64,000 nucleotides of DNA from Terriglobia bacterium (GTDB lineage: Bacteria > Acidobacteriota > Terriglobia > 20CM-2-55-15). Every line of letters starts with the position of its first letter. Position 1 is the stretch's first letter. A model generated the notes under the pieces. The model was not told where the DNA came from. It saw only the letters and a list, made by a program, of their open reading frames with translations, and ran no database searches. Position numbers and translations under genes: made by a program. Below, in pieces: positions 10,974 to 21,269 of the stretch. The DNA lies in contig CAXWPJ010000009.1 of assembly GCA_963664115.2 (NCBI GenBank), positions 288,001 through 352,000 of the forward strand, given 5' to 3'.

Positions 10974-12719
10974 GTGGACGTCTCTTCATACGATGTTCTT
11001 TTGGTTGGTGGTGGTGGAGCCGGTCTGCGTGCGGCCATAGCTGTTGCGGAGTTCGATCCAAAGCTCAGAGTTGCCGTTGTTTCGAAGGTCTACCCGATGC
11101 GGAGCCATACGGTGTCCGCGGAGGGCGGAGCTGCGGGCGTTATCGCCGACGACGACAGCCTGGATGAACATGCTTACGATACGGTCTCAGGAAGCGATTG
11201 GCTCGGTGATCAGGACGCCATCGAACTGTTCGTCGATCAAGCCCCGAAAGAGTTGCTGCAACTGGAACATTGGGGCTGCCCCTGGAGCCGGACAGACGAC
11301 GGCCGGGTCGCCGTGCGGCCGTTTGGAGGTATGAAAAACAAGCGAACCTGGTTCGCCGCCGACAAGACGGGTTTTCATATGCTCCACACTCTCTTCCAGA
11401 CGTCGTTAAAATACGACCCCATCGTCCGCTACGACGAGTGGTTCGTCACGAAGTTGCTGGTTGACGACGGCCGGGTTCAGGGAGTCGTGGCCTTGGAGCT
11501 GATGTCGGGGAAGATCCAGGCTATCACTGCGAAAGCAGTGATTCTCTGCACCGGCGGGTGCGGCAAAGTGTTTCCGTTCACCACGAACGCCAACATCAAG
11601 AACGGCGACGGGATGGCGATGGCTTACCGGGCGGGCGTCCCTTTAAAGGACATGGAATTTGTCCAGTACCATCCGACGGGGCTTCCTTTTACCGGAATCC
11701 TGATCACCGAGGCCACCCGGGCCGAGGGCGGGTATCTGGTAAATAAGGACGGCTACCGGTACCTGCAGGATTACGATTTGGGGACCCCAGAGCCCAAACC
11801 CGTGCTGCGCTCGATGGAACTGGGTCCTCGCGACCGGCTCTCCCAGGCGTTTGTCAAAGAGCAGGAGAAAGGACGAACTATGGAGGGTCCTTACGGGCAC
11901 TACGTGCACCTCGATCTCCGCCATCTCGGAGAAAAGCACATCGACTCCAGAATTCCCTTTGTCCGGGAGCTGTGTCTCAAGTACGAAAACATCGATCCGG
12001 TTCGGGAAAAAATACCCGTGCGGCCCGTCATTCACTACGTGATGGGTGGAGTGCATACCGACAACGACGGCGCGACTCCGCTGGACGGATTGTTTGCAGC
12101 GGGAGAGGTCGCGTGTGTCAGCATCAACGGCGCCAACCGGCTCGGCTCGAATTCTCTGACCGAACTACTCGTTTTCGGCGGCCGAGCGGGAAAGGCAGCC
12201 GCATCTCTCGCTTCCACTCGGAAGGCGCCCGGGAATCACATTATTGCTCAGGCGAACGATGAGAAGAGACGCCTGGAAGAGAAGTTTCTTCGAAAGACGG
12301 GCGGGCGGGAACCGATCGCCACGATCCGGAAGGAAATGCAGGCAGCGATGGAGGATGGCGCGGGCATTTACCGTAACGGTGAAGCTCTTGAACGGTCTTC
12401 GGAGAAACTTCGGGAATTACAGGATCGGTTCAATGACATCGCGATCCAGGACCACAGTCGCACGTTTAACACCGAACTGGTTTCAGCGCTTGAGTTGGCT
12501 TACATGCTCGACGTTGCCGAATCGATCGTGCAATGTGCCGCCAACCGCACCGAATCCCGTGGAGCGCATCAGAGGACGGACTTTCCCGCCCGGGACGACG
12601 AAAACTTTCTCGCACATTCTCTGGTGTTTCGAAACGAAGACGGCTCCTCTCGAATGGAGTATCTGCCGGTTAACATCACGCGATGGCCACCGGCCGAACG
12701 CGTTTACGGAAGAAAGTAG
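10974..12719 (+). CDS. frdA: Fumarate reductase flavoprotein subunit
   Basis: [44 protein letters not shown]; E. coli FrdA-like. Confidence 0.95.
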   Translation: MDVSSYDVLLVGGGGAGLRAAIAVAEFDPKLRVAVVSKVYPMRSHTVSAEGGAAGVIADDDSLDEHAYDTVSGSDWLGDQDAIELFVDQAPKELLQLEHWGCPWSRTDDGRVAVRPFGGMKNKRTWFAADKTGFHMLHTLFQTSLKYDPIVRYDEWFVTKLLVDDGRVQGVVALELMSGKIQAITAKAVILCTGGCGKVFPFTTNANIKNGDGMAMAYRAGVPLKDMEFVQYHPTGLPFTGILITEATRAEGGYLVNKDGYRYLQDYDLGTPEPKPVLRSMELGPRDRLSQAFVKEQEKGRTMEGPYGHYVHLDLRHLGEKHIDSRIPFVRELCLKYENIDPVREKIPVRPVIHYVMGGVHTDNDGATPLDGLFAAGEVACVSINGANRLGSNSLTELLVFGGRAGKAAASLASTRKAPGNHIIAQANDEKRRLEEKFLRKTGGREPIATIRKEMQAAMEDGAGIYRNGEALERSSEKLRELQDRFNDIAIQDHSRTFNTELVSALELAYMLDVAESIVQCAANRTESRGAHQRTDFPARDDENFLAHSLVFRNEDGSSRMEYLPVNITRWPPAERVYGRK

Positions 12720-12725
12720 GTACGG

Positions 12726-13469
12726 ATGACTGACACAATCGTCCTCGAAGTCACACGCTATAGACCGGAACAGGAAACAGAACCGACCGTTCAGGAGTAC
12801 GAGGTGCCGATCACCCCGGACTGGGTGATCCTCGATGCCTTGAACTACATCAAAGACGACGTCGACGGATCGCTGTCATACCGATGGTCTTGCCGGATGG
12901 GGATCTGCGGGAGTTGCGGGATGATGGTCAACGGCAAACCCAAGCTCACGTGCGCCACGTTTCTTGCCGACTATGCGCCCGGACCGGTACGAATCGAGCC
13001 GCTCAAGAATTTTCCGATCATACGAGATTTAACGATAGAAATGTCGGACTTCATGACGAAACTGAAGGACGTCAAGCCATGGATCATCCGGGAAGACGAG
13101 AAGCCCATCGAGGAAGGAGAATATCTCCAGACTCCAGCCGAACTTGACACATACAAACAGTTCAGTATGTGCATCAACTGTATGTTGTGCTATTCCGCCT
13201 GCCCCGTGTACGGCCTGGATGACGCTTTTGCGGGCCCGGCGGTGATCGCGTTGGCACAGCGCTACAACATGGACTCACGCGATCAGGGGGCCTCCGAACG
13301 CCTCGGCATCCTGTCGGAGCATGAAGGGATATGGGCTTGTACTTTTGTAGGCGAGTGCACCAAGGTCTGCCCCAAGCACGTAGATCCGGCGGGAGCGATT
13401 CAGCAGTACAAGGTGACTGCGACAACGGAATGGTTCAAGTCCCTGCTCATGCCACGGGGAAGCAAATGA
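12726..13469 (+). CDS. frdB: Fumarate reductase iron-sulfur subunit
   Basis: [50 protein letters not shown]. Confidence 0.95.
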   Translation: MTDTIVLEVTRYRPEQETEPTVQEYEVPITPDWVILDALNYIKDDVDGSLSYRWSCRMGICGSCGMMVNGKPKLTCATFLADYAPGPVRIEPLKNFPIIRDLTIEMSDFMTKLKDVKPWIIREDEKPIEEGEYLQTPAELDTYKQFSMCINCMLCYSACPVYGLDDAFAGPAVIALAQRYNMDSRDQGASERLGILSEHEGIWACTFVGECTKVCPKHVDPAGAIQQYKVTATTEWFKSLLMPRGSK

Positions 13470-13882
13470 CCGAAAGGTCCGCGTACACGGAGTTTCGTCC
13501 AAAGTGGTACCGCGCTCGCGTTTCCACTTACTGGTGGCTTTCTCAATGGTCATACACGAAGTTCATTTTGAGGGAGTTGAGCAGCGTATTCGTCGGATAT
13601 TTCATCGTGATTACACTCCTGCAGGTTCGGGCACTGACCCTCGGGGCATCCAGTTACGCCGAGTTGCAGCTTTGGTTGGGTAATCCTCTCGTCATACTGT
13701 TGAACACCGTCGGTTTTCTGTTCCTACTCCTCCACACCATAACCTGGTTCAACCTAACGCCACGAGCGATCGTTCTCCGTCTCGGCGGAAAACGCGTTCC
13801 CGACATTCTGATCATCGCCCCAAACTACGTCGCGTGGGTGGTGATATCAGGTGTCTTAGCCTGGGTTATCGTAGGAAGCTAG
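13466..13882 (+). CDS. frdC: Fumarate reductase subunit C (membrane anchor)
   Basis: WW..(K)FILRE and LLHTITWF motifs; ATGA overlap with frdB stop. Confidence 0.88.
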   Translation: MTERSAYTEFRPKWYRARVSTYWWLSQWSYTKFILRELSSVFVGYFIVITLLQVRALTLGASSYAELQLWLGNPLVILLNTVGFLFLLLHTITWFNLTPRAIVLRLGGKRVPDILIIAPNYVAWVVISGVLAWVIVGS

Positions 13883-13883
13883 A

Positions 13884-14237
13884 ATGGCCAACAAATCAAA
13901 TGTCGCTTTCTTTTGGGCACTGTTCAGCGCTGGGGGTGTTGTCTCCGCTTTTCTGTTGCCCGTGCACGTGTTTTTGTTCGGGCTAGCGTTCCCGCTGGGT
14001 TGGATTGCCTCTCCCAGCCACGAGAGCCTGCTCGCTTTACTCCAATCGCCTGTGACCCGAATTTACCTGCTCGTCCTCTGCGTACTGTCGCTTTTTCACT
14101 GGGCGCACCGGTTTCGCTACACACTCTACGACGGTGCACAAATGAAACACCTCAATGAAGTGATTGTTGTTCTGACTTACGGGGGTGCCACGCTGGGGTC
14201 CGTTGTGGCCATTTACCTGCTCTTGAACGTGGGGTGA
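13884..14237 (+). CDS. frdD: Fumarate reductase subunit D (membrane anchor)
   Basis: FWALFSAGG and LFHWAHR motifs, 117 aa, three TM helices. Confidence 0.88.
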   Translation: MANKSNVAFFWALFSAGGVVSAFLLPVHVFLFGLAFPLGWIASPSHESLLALLQSPVTRIYLLVLCVLSLFHWAHRFRYTLYDGAQMKHLNEVIVVLTYGGATLGSVVAIYLLLNVG

Positions 14238-14327
14238 ACAGGACCGAACACTGCCGCACAGAGGCATAGAGAGCGCTAAACCTATCCCTTGTAACCCTGC
14301 CCTACACTCCGCGACACGAAATCGAGA

Positions 14328-16391
14328 TCAGAAATAGATTCGAGCAACATCCCGTAAGCGCCTTTGGTTGACCGTTGTCGGGAGGCGGATTGTTCCTTGG
14401 GGATTTCTCTGCCACAACAGGATTTGAAGTTCCCGCCGGATGCGGTTGAAATAACCAAGGGCGGCGCTCCGTACTCGGAGAAATTCTCCCTCTTCAAGCC
14501 CCATCTCCTCGACTTCCTGAATCCAGCCCCGGACCACGGCATCCTGTTCAGCATCCGCATCGACAATCAGGCGCGAACCTTCGATGCCCTCGATACGCAG
14601 ATCGACCTGCCCCCACCAACCCGCTTCGACTATTTTGGCATCGAGCCACGTCATCAGCACCAGGAGGCCCGGAAGGTCTCCGGTAGCAACCCGCCCCGCG
14701 GAAAGGCTCGGCGTGGAATCCTGGTCCCCGCTCGTCCAGGCGCTGAGCCTCCGTCGAAGGTTTGGAAGGTCCGCACCCGGAGCAAAGACGAGGAGGCGGT
14801 CAGGGCGAACTTCTCCAAGCTGGTCGAACACTGCGTCGTTTGGAGGATCTGAAAACGACCATAAGCTTCCGTTGTTCCCAACCTGTGCTTCACCGCCCGG
14901 TAGCGCGCCTTCGAATCGACCGGCGACGAATATGCCGTAAGCAGGATCCTCTGCCAGTGTGACGCCCGACGCGAGGCGCTCCACCTGGACGGGCGATGAA
15001 TCCGGAAAAGCGACGGTGTCGAAAGCAGGCACCGGAACACGGCCGGGAGCCAGACCCAAAGGAGGGGGAAGGGGCTGAACCGGCACGATCGCTTCGCTGA
15101 GACTTTCGACGCTCACCTGCGGCTGCTCGAAAGCGGGTGGCCACGTCGCAACCACACGCCCAAGGGCGTCAAAATCCCGAACGGCCGAGCGGAAACTCTC
15201 CGCGGTCAAGCTGATGAGCGCAGCCCGACCGGCTTCTAACGAATCCCAGAGGTCATGTGCCCCAAACCATTCGAGCGAGCTTCGTTGCCCGAGGTAAGCT
15301 CTGGCTGAATCCACCGCACGTCGCAGTTCACCCGGATCCGGGTTGCGGTACTGCATTCCGGTGATCTGATCCAATAGCTCGTCCCTCACATCTTCGGAAT
15401 AGGTCGGAATCTCCACAGGAATCTCGATCCAATGTAAGACCGGATCCACGCCAAGCCCGAAGCGAAACCGGGCGGACGGATCCGCGACCTGCTGCAATGC
15501 GCGATCGACAACCAGCGCCCGGAACCAGCCTTCAAAGTGAACGCTCGGAACCGCCCGCGCAAGAACCACGCCGCCCTTGACACGTGAAGGAAAATCCAGC
15601 ACCGTCTCGACGGACTCCGGCAACACGTTGGTAGCCGGGTTGTGGCTGGCCTCGCGATAATCGATGTCTGCAAGAACGCTTAGGGCCGATTGCGGCAGCC
15701 TTTCGGAGGTGATGACGTAGGCTCGGTTGGTCCCGAAATTTTCATCAAAGTATGTCTCCAGATCGTCAATCCGCAAGCGATCGATTTGATCCGCGCTCGC
15801 AGGATCAGACCAAAGATAGGGGTAATCCCGGAGCAGGGCTGCACCAACTTCTCTGTCCAACTCATCACTAAACGCGTCTGTCTCCGCCCCAACAGCAAGC
15901 CGAAGTTGCCGGCGTGCATACTCGAACATTTCAGGTTCGAAGGCAGGTTCAGCAAAATACGAACCGACCTGCGTCAACACCGCTCCAACCAGGTTATTGG
16001 GTACACGCACGCGCATCCCGATCCGATCCGGCTCTGTGATGAACTCGAACTCCCCGCCACCCAGATGCGCCACCAGTGCCACAGAACGCGCGGCCACGGA
16101 AGCGGAAAGATAGAATCCAGCGAGGTCTGCGACACCGGCCGGATAGCCGGGCTCGTTTCGGAAACCGACTGTGTAACCGAATGCGATTTCCGTGTTGTTT
16201 CCGTCGTCCCCCTCATCTAAAGAATGAGGCAGATAAATCGCGCGCACGCCGTTTGTGAACCGTTCTGCATCAATGGAAGGGAAATCGACCAGCGGTGTCG
16301 GGCTTGGGGCCTGTGCGGCCCCCTGGACCTCGAACCCAGCCCACAGTGCACCCCACATCAGCCAGAGCATGAGACTTCTAGACGCAGACAC
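14328..16391 (-). CDS. Secreted degenerate peptidase M16 (insulinase)-like protein
   Basis: Signal peptide; FTNGVRAI...YTVGFRNEP..PAGVA resembles an M16 N-terminus but has no HXXEH. Confidence 0.55.
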   Translation of the reverse strand: MSASRSLMLWLMWGALWAGFEVQGAAQAPSPTPLVDFPSIDAERFTNGVRAIYLPHSLDEGDDGNNTEIAFGYTVGFRNEPGYPAGVADLAGFYLSASVAARSVALVAHLGGGEFEFITEPDRIGMRVRVPNNLVGAVLTQVGSYFAEPAFEPEMFEYARRQLRLAVGAETDAFSDELDREVGAALLRDYPYLWSDPASADQIDRLRIDDLETYFDENFGTNRAYVITSERLPQSALSVLADIDYREASHNPATNVLPESVETVLDFPSRVKGGVVLARAVPSVHFEGWFRALVVDRALQQVADPSARFRFGLGVDPVLHWIEIPVEIPTYSEDVRDELLDQITGMQYRNPDPGELRRAVDSARAYLGQRSSLEWFGAHDLWDSLEAGRAALISLTAESFRSAVRDFDALGRVVATWPPAFEQPQVSVESLSEAIVPVQPLPPPLGLAPGRVPVPAFDTVAFPDSSPVQVERLASGVTLAEDPAYGIFVAGRFEGALPGGEAQVGNNGSLWSFSDPPNDAVFDQLGEVRPDRLLVFAPGADLPNLRRRLSAWTSGDQDSTPSLSAGRVATGDLPGLLVLMTWLDAKIVEAGWWGQVDLRIEGIEGSRLIVDADAEQDAVVRGWIQEVEEMGLEEGEFLRVRSAALGYFNRIRRELQILLWQRNPQGTIRLPTTVNQRRLRDVARIYF

Positions 16392-16604
16392 CGGTTGAGA
16401 CTAGCCCTTGTAGGGCAGTATTTTCAAGGACGATCGATTGTGCTAGTGTGGGCAATTCGATTCTACGTAAAGGCTCGCAAGGCTCTTCCCGCTCTGGGGC
16501 GACCTGCCCCCATACGACTTGAGCGTGGGACAACTGGCCGACCGCTTGTCGACCTTCAACCGTTCTGTGCGGACCGAACGAGCCAACCGAAGAAGGAGTT
16601 CTGA

Positions 16605-18704
16605 GTGAAAGTCTATGAGGGCAAGTCCATTCGCAATGTTTGTTTCGTCGGGCATGGAGGTACGGGAAAAACCTCGCTGATTTCAGCGGCTTTGTTCACG
16701 AGTGGAGCGACCAACAGGCTCGGTAGCGTCGACGACGGAAACGCACCCACCGACTATGACGAGGAAGAAATCGAACGCAAAATGACCATTTCGACGAAGA
16801 TGGCATTCTGCGAGTGGAAGAAGCACAAGATCAACATGCTGGACACGCCGGGCTTCGGAAACATGATCCAGGAAGCACGTGCGGCGATGCGCGTAGCAGA
16901 CACAGCCATCGTAGTCGTCGATTGTATTTCCGGCGTTCAGGTGCAGACGGAGAAGGTATGGCAATTTGCGGAAGAGTTCGACGTGCCTCGGTTCGTTCTG
17001 ATCAATCGTGTGGATCGGGAACGGGCCAGTTTCGAACAATCCCTGGCCTCAGTTCAGAGCGGGCTTGGCCGGACATGTGTGCCCGTCCAGATTCCACTGG
17101 GCACTGAGGGGGACTTTCGTGGGGTCGCGGACCTGGTTCGAATGAAAGCGCATCTCTACGAAGCCGATGCCAGCGGAACATTTTCCGAGGCCGACATACC
17201 GGAAAAATACGCGGCGCTTGCTAACGAACACCGCGAAAAGCTGATCGAACTCGTCGCCGAAAGTGACGACGCCCTGATGGAAAAGTTCTTCGATGAAGGC
17301 AGCTTATCCGATGAAGAATTGATCGCGGGATTGAAAGCGCAGGTGCGCAACCGTGCCATCTATCCGGTTCTGTTCTCGTCGGGAATAGGCAACATCGGCG
17401 TGTCCTCACTGCTGAACGCGATCGTTGATGTCGCGCCCGACCCGACATATGTGGAGCAGGTCCAGGGAAAGGATCCGGACGGTGGTGAAACGGAAAGATT
17501 AATTTCTGATGACGAGCCGTATTCAGCCTACGTGTTCAAAACAATCTCGGACCCGTTCACCGGCCGGATCTCGATCTTCAAAATGTACTCGGGAACCTTG
17601 ACGGCCGAAGTGCAACCGTACAACGTCAACAGAGAATCGACGGAGCGAATCGGCCACATCATCCTCCTTCAAGGCAAGGAGCCGGTCCAGGTGCCTCGCA
17701 TACATGCGGGGGACATTGCGGCCGTTGCGAAATTCAAAGACACTCATACCGGCAATACCCTGGCTGACATAACCAAACCTGTCATTTATCCAGCTGTGGT
17801 GTGGCCCGAACCGATGATTTCGTTTGCTGTCGAACCCAAGTCGAGAGGCGACGAGGAGAAAATCAGCACTGCAATTCAGAAGATCATCGAGGAAGATCCC
17901 GGTCTCCGCTACGCACGCCAACCGCAGACCGGGCAATTCCTGCTTTCAGGCCAGGGGCAGATGCACGTCGAGATTGGGGTTTCACGCCTCAAGAAGCGCT
18001 ATGGAGTCGAAGTGAAGTTGCACCCTCCCAAAGTCCCTTACCTGGAAACGATCCGGGGGAAGGCCGACGTCCAGGGAAGGCACAAGAAGCAGTCGGGCGG
18101 TCACGGCCAGTTCGGCGATTGCAAGATCCGCGTCGAACCGCTTCCGCGCGGCGGGGATTTCGAATTTGTCGTCGAAATCTTTGGAGGCTCCATTCCGAAG
18201 CAGTATATTCCCGCCGTTGAAAAAGGAATTCAGGAAGCCCGCCTCAAAGGCATGCTCGCAGGATTTCCGACCGTCGATTTCAGGGTCACGCTCTACGATG
18301 GCTCCTTCCATGCGGTTGACTCCTCGGAAATGGCATTCAAGATCGCAGGACGGCTTGCCTTCCGGAAAGCCATCGAGCAGGCCAGACCCGTCCTGCTCGA
18401 ACCCGTGATGAACGTCGTCATCGACACACCTGAAGATTACGCTGGCGATCTAATGGGAGATCTCAACAGCCGGCGGGGGCGCGTTCAGGGTATGGAAGTG
18501 AAAGGAAACACCACCGTGATCAAGGCCCAGGTGCCGCTCGTTGAGATGCTGACATATGCCTCAGACCTGACGTCCAAAACGGGCGGCCATGGAAATTACA
18601 CCATGGCCTTCGATCACTACGATGAGGTCCCGGCCCAGTTGGTTGAAAAGGTGATAGCCCATGCCAAGGCAGAGGCCGCGGGCGAGGAAGAGGAGGACGA
18701 GTAG
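16605..18704 (+). CDS. fusA: Elongation factor G paralogue (EF-G2 type)
   Basis: GHGGTGKT, DTPGF, HKKQSGGHGQFG, DSSEMAFKIAG; 699 aa; stand-alone, outside an str operon. Confidence 0.92.
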   Translation: MKVYEGKSIRNVCFVGHGGTGKTSLISAALFTSGATNRLGSVDDGNAPTDYDEEEIERKMTISTKMAFCEWKKHKINMLDTPGFGNMIQEARAAMRVADTAIVVVDCISGVQVQTEKVWQFAEEFDVPRFVLINRVDRERASFEQSLASVQSGLGRTCVPVQIPLGTEGDFRGVADLVRMKAHLYEADASGTFSEADIPEKYAALANEHREKLIELVAESDDALMEKFFDEGSLSDEELIAGLKAQVRNRAIYPVLFSSGIGNIGVSSLLNAIVDVAPDPTYVEQVQGKDPDGGETERLISDDEPYSAYVFKTISDPFTGRISIFKMYSGTLTAEVQPYNVNRESTERIGHIILLQGKEPVQVPRIHAGDIAAVAKFKDTHTGNTLADITKPVIYPAVVWPEPMISFAVEPKSRGDEEKISTAIQKIIEEDPGLRYARQPQTGQFLLSGQGQMHVEIGVSRLKKRYGVEVKLHPPKVPYLETIRGKADVQGRHKKQSGGHGQFGDCKIRVEPLPRGGDFEFVVEIFGGSIPKQYIPAVEKGIQEARLKGMLAGFPTVDFRVTLYDGSFHAVDSSEMAFKIAGRLAFRKAIEQARPVLLEPVMNVVIDTPEDYAGDLMGDLNSRRGRVQGMEVKGNTTVIKAQVPLVEMLTYASDLTSKTGGHGNYTMAFDHYDEVPAQLVEKVIAHAKAEAAGEEEEDE

Positions 18705-18719
18705 GAAACTCTGGTCGTA

Positions 18720-19781
18720 CTACAGCGGCGGCCCCGAGGCCATCGCGGCCGCGGTGCCGTAAATCTCCCAAGCCGCGACAGGCTGATCCGACATCAGACG
18801 GATATAGCCCCCGCTCTGATTCCCGAATCCCGGGATCAACTCGTTCAGAAGACGGGCCACATGGCCGTTCGCGGGAATCGACACCGTTCCGCTTCCCGAT
18901 TGCATTCCCGAAGCGTCGAATACTTCGATCGTCACCTCGGCCGCCGAACCTACTGCCGCGATCGCAATTCCGGTAAAGAATCCCTTTTCGTTCGCGACAT
19001 GAGGGAAAACGATCTCGGTCGCTGCCTCAACCGCTGCAATCGTAACCACGGATTGATCGGTTTCGATGTCGATAACCGCCGCGACATTCCCACCGCTGAA
19101 GAATCCCGTTACATCCACTCGAACCGCATCCGTTTCGATCTCCGTTGCAGAGACCGGAAATAATTCCCCGAGTGAAACGCGCGTCGCGGCCCGCCCTCCA
19201 AGCGGGACTGACGAAGTTCTTGACCCGAATGTGATCGATGCGCTTGACGGCGCAGCGCTCGCATTGGCCAGGCTGATCCATGAGCGATACCCTCCACCCA
19301 CAACTGCGTGGGGAAAGATCAGGGACGTTCCGGGATCGGAAACCGACTCGCCAAGCCCCAGGTTGCCATCGGTACCGAAGCGCTCAACACCCGCAATTGG
19401 AGTTGGCGCCGTTATCCGGACCGGACCCGCCAACGGCGTGGTTCTCCGCGATCGTGGCGGAATGTCTAACGGCGAACTTTGCTGGGTGTTCAGATCTGTG
19501 ATCGTGGCTGTCACCGACTGGGTAGACGGGTTTATGAGTATCGCGTTCGCACCGCTATGAAAGAAAAAGAAGTCCGTCGCGGGCACCGCAGGCGAGGCTC
19601 CGTCGAATTCACTGAGATCATTGGCGCCGGTAGCTGTGTAGGAGCGCAGATTATTTTCGGACGCTTCCAACTCGATCCAGCCATCGAAATCGGACAGCCC
19701 GAAGATCTCCGATACGAGCCTCGCCCACTGCTGTCCCGGCTCGAGTTGGATCGTAGTCGGATTCCGGACACCGAGACCCAT
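18720..19781 (-). CDS. Beta-rich extracellular hypothetical protein, 5' end possibly decayed
   Basis: Repeated FPH...GG(Y/F)..I modules; an in-frame TAA at 19821-19823 interrupts an apparently continuing upstream frame. Confidence 0.55.
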   Translation of the reverse strand: MGLGVRNPTTIQLEPGQQWARLVSEIFGLSDFDGWIELEASENNLRSYTATGANDLSEFDGASPAVPATDFFFFHSGANAILINPSTQSVTATITDLNTQQSSPLDIPPRSRRTTPLAGPVRITAPTPIAGVERFGTDGNLGLGESVSDPGTSLIFPHAVVGGGYRSWISLANASAAPSSASITFGSRTSSVPLGGRAATRVSLGELFPVSATEIETDAVRVDVTGFFSGGNVAAVIDIETDQSVVTIAAVEAATEIVFPHVANEKGFFTGIAIAAVGSAAEVTIEVFDASGMQSGSGTVSIPANGHVARLLNELIPGFGNQSGGYIRLMSDQPVAAWEIYGTAAAMASGPPL

Positions 19782-19900
19782 CGGAAGAGAACCATCCGTG
19801 TTTACGGCCCGGAGGACGACTTAAAGATCAGACTGGATGAACCCGAAAAGCTTACCGAATGAAGAAGATTCGGAACATACCCGTCTATTAAGAATACTGT

Positions 19901-19971
19901 TTCGACACGAAGAAACGAAGGCCACCAAACAGCCCATAAATCTTTGTTGTCTTCGCACCTTCGTTTTCAAA
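19901..19971. repeat. Degenerate palindromic acgaag/cttcg repeat
   Basis: ttcgacacgaagaaacgaag ... cttcgcaccttcgttttcaa; same unit as 49217-49305. Confidence 0.5.
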
Positions 19972-20024
19972 AACCGCCCAGTCAGCAGGGTCGGAAGGAC
20001 GGAGCATGGTAACATCGACGCATA

Positions 20025-20198
20025 ATGGCGGTGAATCCAGAGCTGCTGAAGATTCTAGTCTGCCCGCTTTGCAAGGCTGAGTTGTCGTTGGTACATGACG
20101 ACGAAGGACTCAAGTGCAGCCAATGCAAGCGTGTCTACCCGATCCGCGACGACATACCGGTAATGCTGGTCAGCGAAGCACAAATAGAGGACGGTTAA
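20025..20198 (+). CDS. Trm112 family protein (YcaR-like), 57 aa, absent from the ORF track
   Basis: Hand translation [57 protein letters not shown]. Confidence 0.9.
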   Translation: MAVNPELLKILVCPLCKAELSLVHDDEGLKCSQCKRVYPIRDDIPVMLVSEAQIEDG

Positions 20199-20202
20199 CC
20201 GC

Positions 20203-21243
20203 GTGTCTCGTCCGATCCGAGACGTCTTCCAAACTCTGCCTCCAAACGCACGAATATTACTGGTCCGTCTCCGTTCCATGGGCGACTGTCTGCTCCTCAC
20301 AAGCCCCCTGCGAGCACTCAAGCAGGAGTTCCCCGGCTTCAAAATTTCAGTCCTTGTGGATCCCGGGTTTTCGGCGTGCTTCGACTTCAGCCCCGACGTC
20401 GATGAAATCCTCGTCACGAGCAATGAGAAATACCAGACGATAGGCCGCCTTCTAATCCGAAGATTCCATGTGATCGTTAATCTGCACGGGGGTCCGACCA
20501 GCCTGTCATATTCCTGTGCGGCCTGGGGCCGTCGAATCGGTGTCGAAGGCTATCAATATGACCGACTGTATTCCGGACTCATCCCTCGACCTGCGCCCAA
20601 TCTGCACACTGTCGAGGCAAGTATGGAGCTGTTTCGGTGGTTAGGGCTGCGGGCAGACATTCCACCCCCTCTTCACTACGCGCCGCATCCGGAAGAGGCC
20701 CAATGGGTGCGGGAAACGCTCCGGAATCGACCGTACGTCGTGATCCACCCAGCGACGCGAATGGAAACGAAGCAGTGGTCCGCTGGCGGCTTCGCATCCG
20801 TCGGTACCCTGCTGGCCCAAGCCGGTTGGCGCACGGTGCTGACCTCCGGTCCCGGGGAGGAATCTGTCGTCGGTCAAACTGCCCGGGACCTGCCAGATAG
20901 CGTGATTTTGTTTGGTCTGACGATTCCCAAACTCGCAGAACTGATCCGGGGGGCGCGCCTCTACGTCGGAAACGACTCTGGTCCGATGCATCTGGCGGCC
21001 GCTGTCGGCACTCCCACGCTGGCCGTATGGGGCTCCTCGGACTCCCGGCGGTGGCGACCGTGGGGCGTCGCCCACCGCGTCGTCCAAAACCCCTTCGACT
21101 GTAATCCCTGCCCGGGTTACCGCTGCGACGTTGCTGAAACGCCGCTTTGCATCGAGTCCGTCACAACCCGGCAGGTGAAGGATGCCGTCCAATCATTGCT
21201 CCAGGAGACGGGAAGACATACTCCAGCCTTGGCGACACAATAA
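20203..21243 (+). CDS. Glycosyltransferase family 9 (LPS heptosyltransferase-like)
   Basis: ILLVRLRSMGD and YVGNDSGPMHLAAAVGTP motifs. Confidence 0.9.
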   Translation: MSRPIRDVFQTLPPNARILLVRLRSMGDCLLLTSPLRALKQEFPGFKISVLVDPGFSACFDFSPDVDEILVTSNEKYQTIGRLLIRRFHVIVNLHGGPTSLSYSCAAWGRRIGVEGYQYDRLYSGLIPRPAPNLHTVEASMELFRWLGLRADIPPPLHYAPHPEEAQWVRETLRNRPYVVIHPATRMETKQWSAGGFASVGTLLAQAGWRTVLTSGPGEESVVGQTARDLPDSVILFGLTIPKLAELIRGARLYVGNDSGPMHLAAAVGTPTLAVWGSSDSRRWRPWGVAHRVVQNPFDCNPCPGYRCDVAETPLCIESVTTRQVKDAVQSLLQETGRHTPALATQ

Positions 21244-21269
21244 AACGGAAACCAGGAACCGAGCAAGCC

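Noticed and set aside
16392-16604. Possible structured leader or riboswitch upstream of the EF-G paralogue
   Set aside because: No convincing stems or recognisable aptamer motif by eye.
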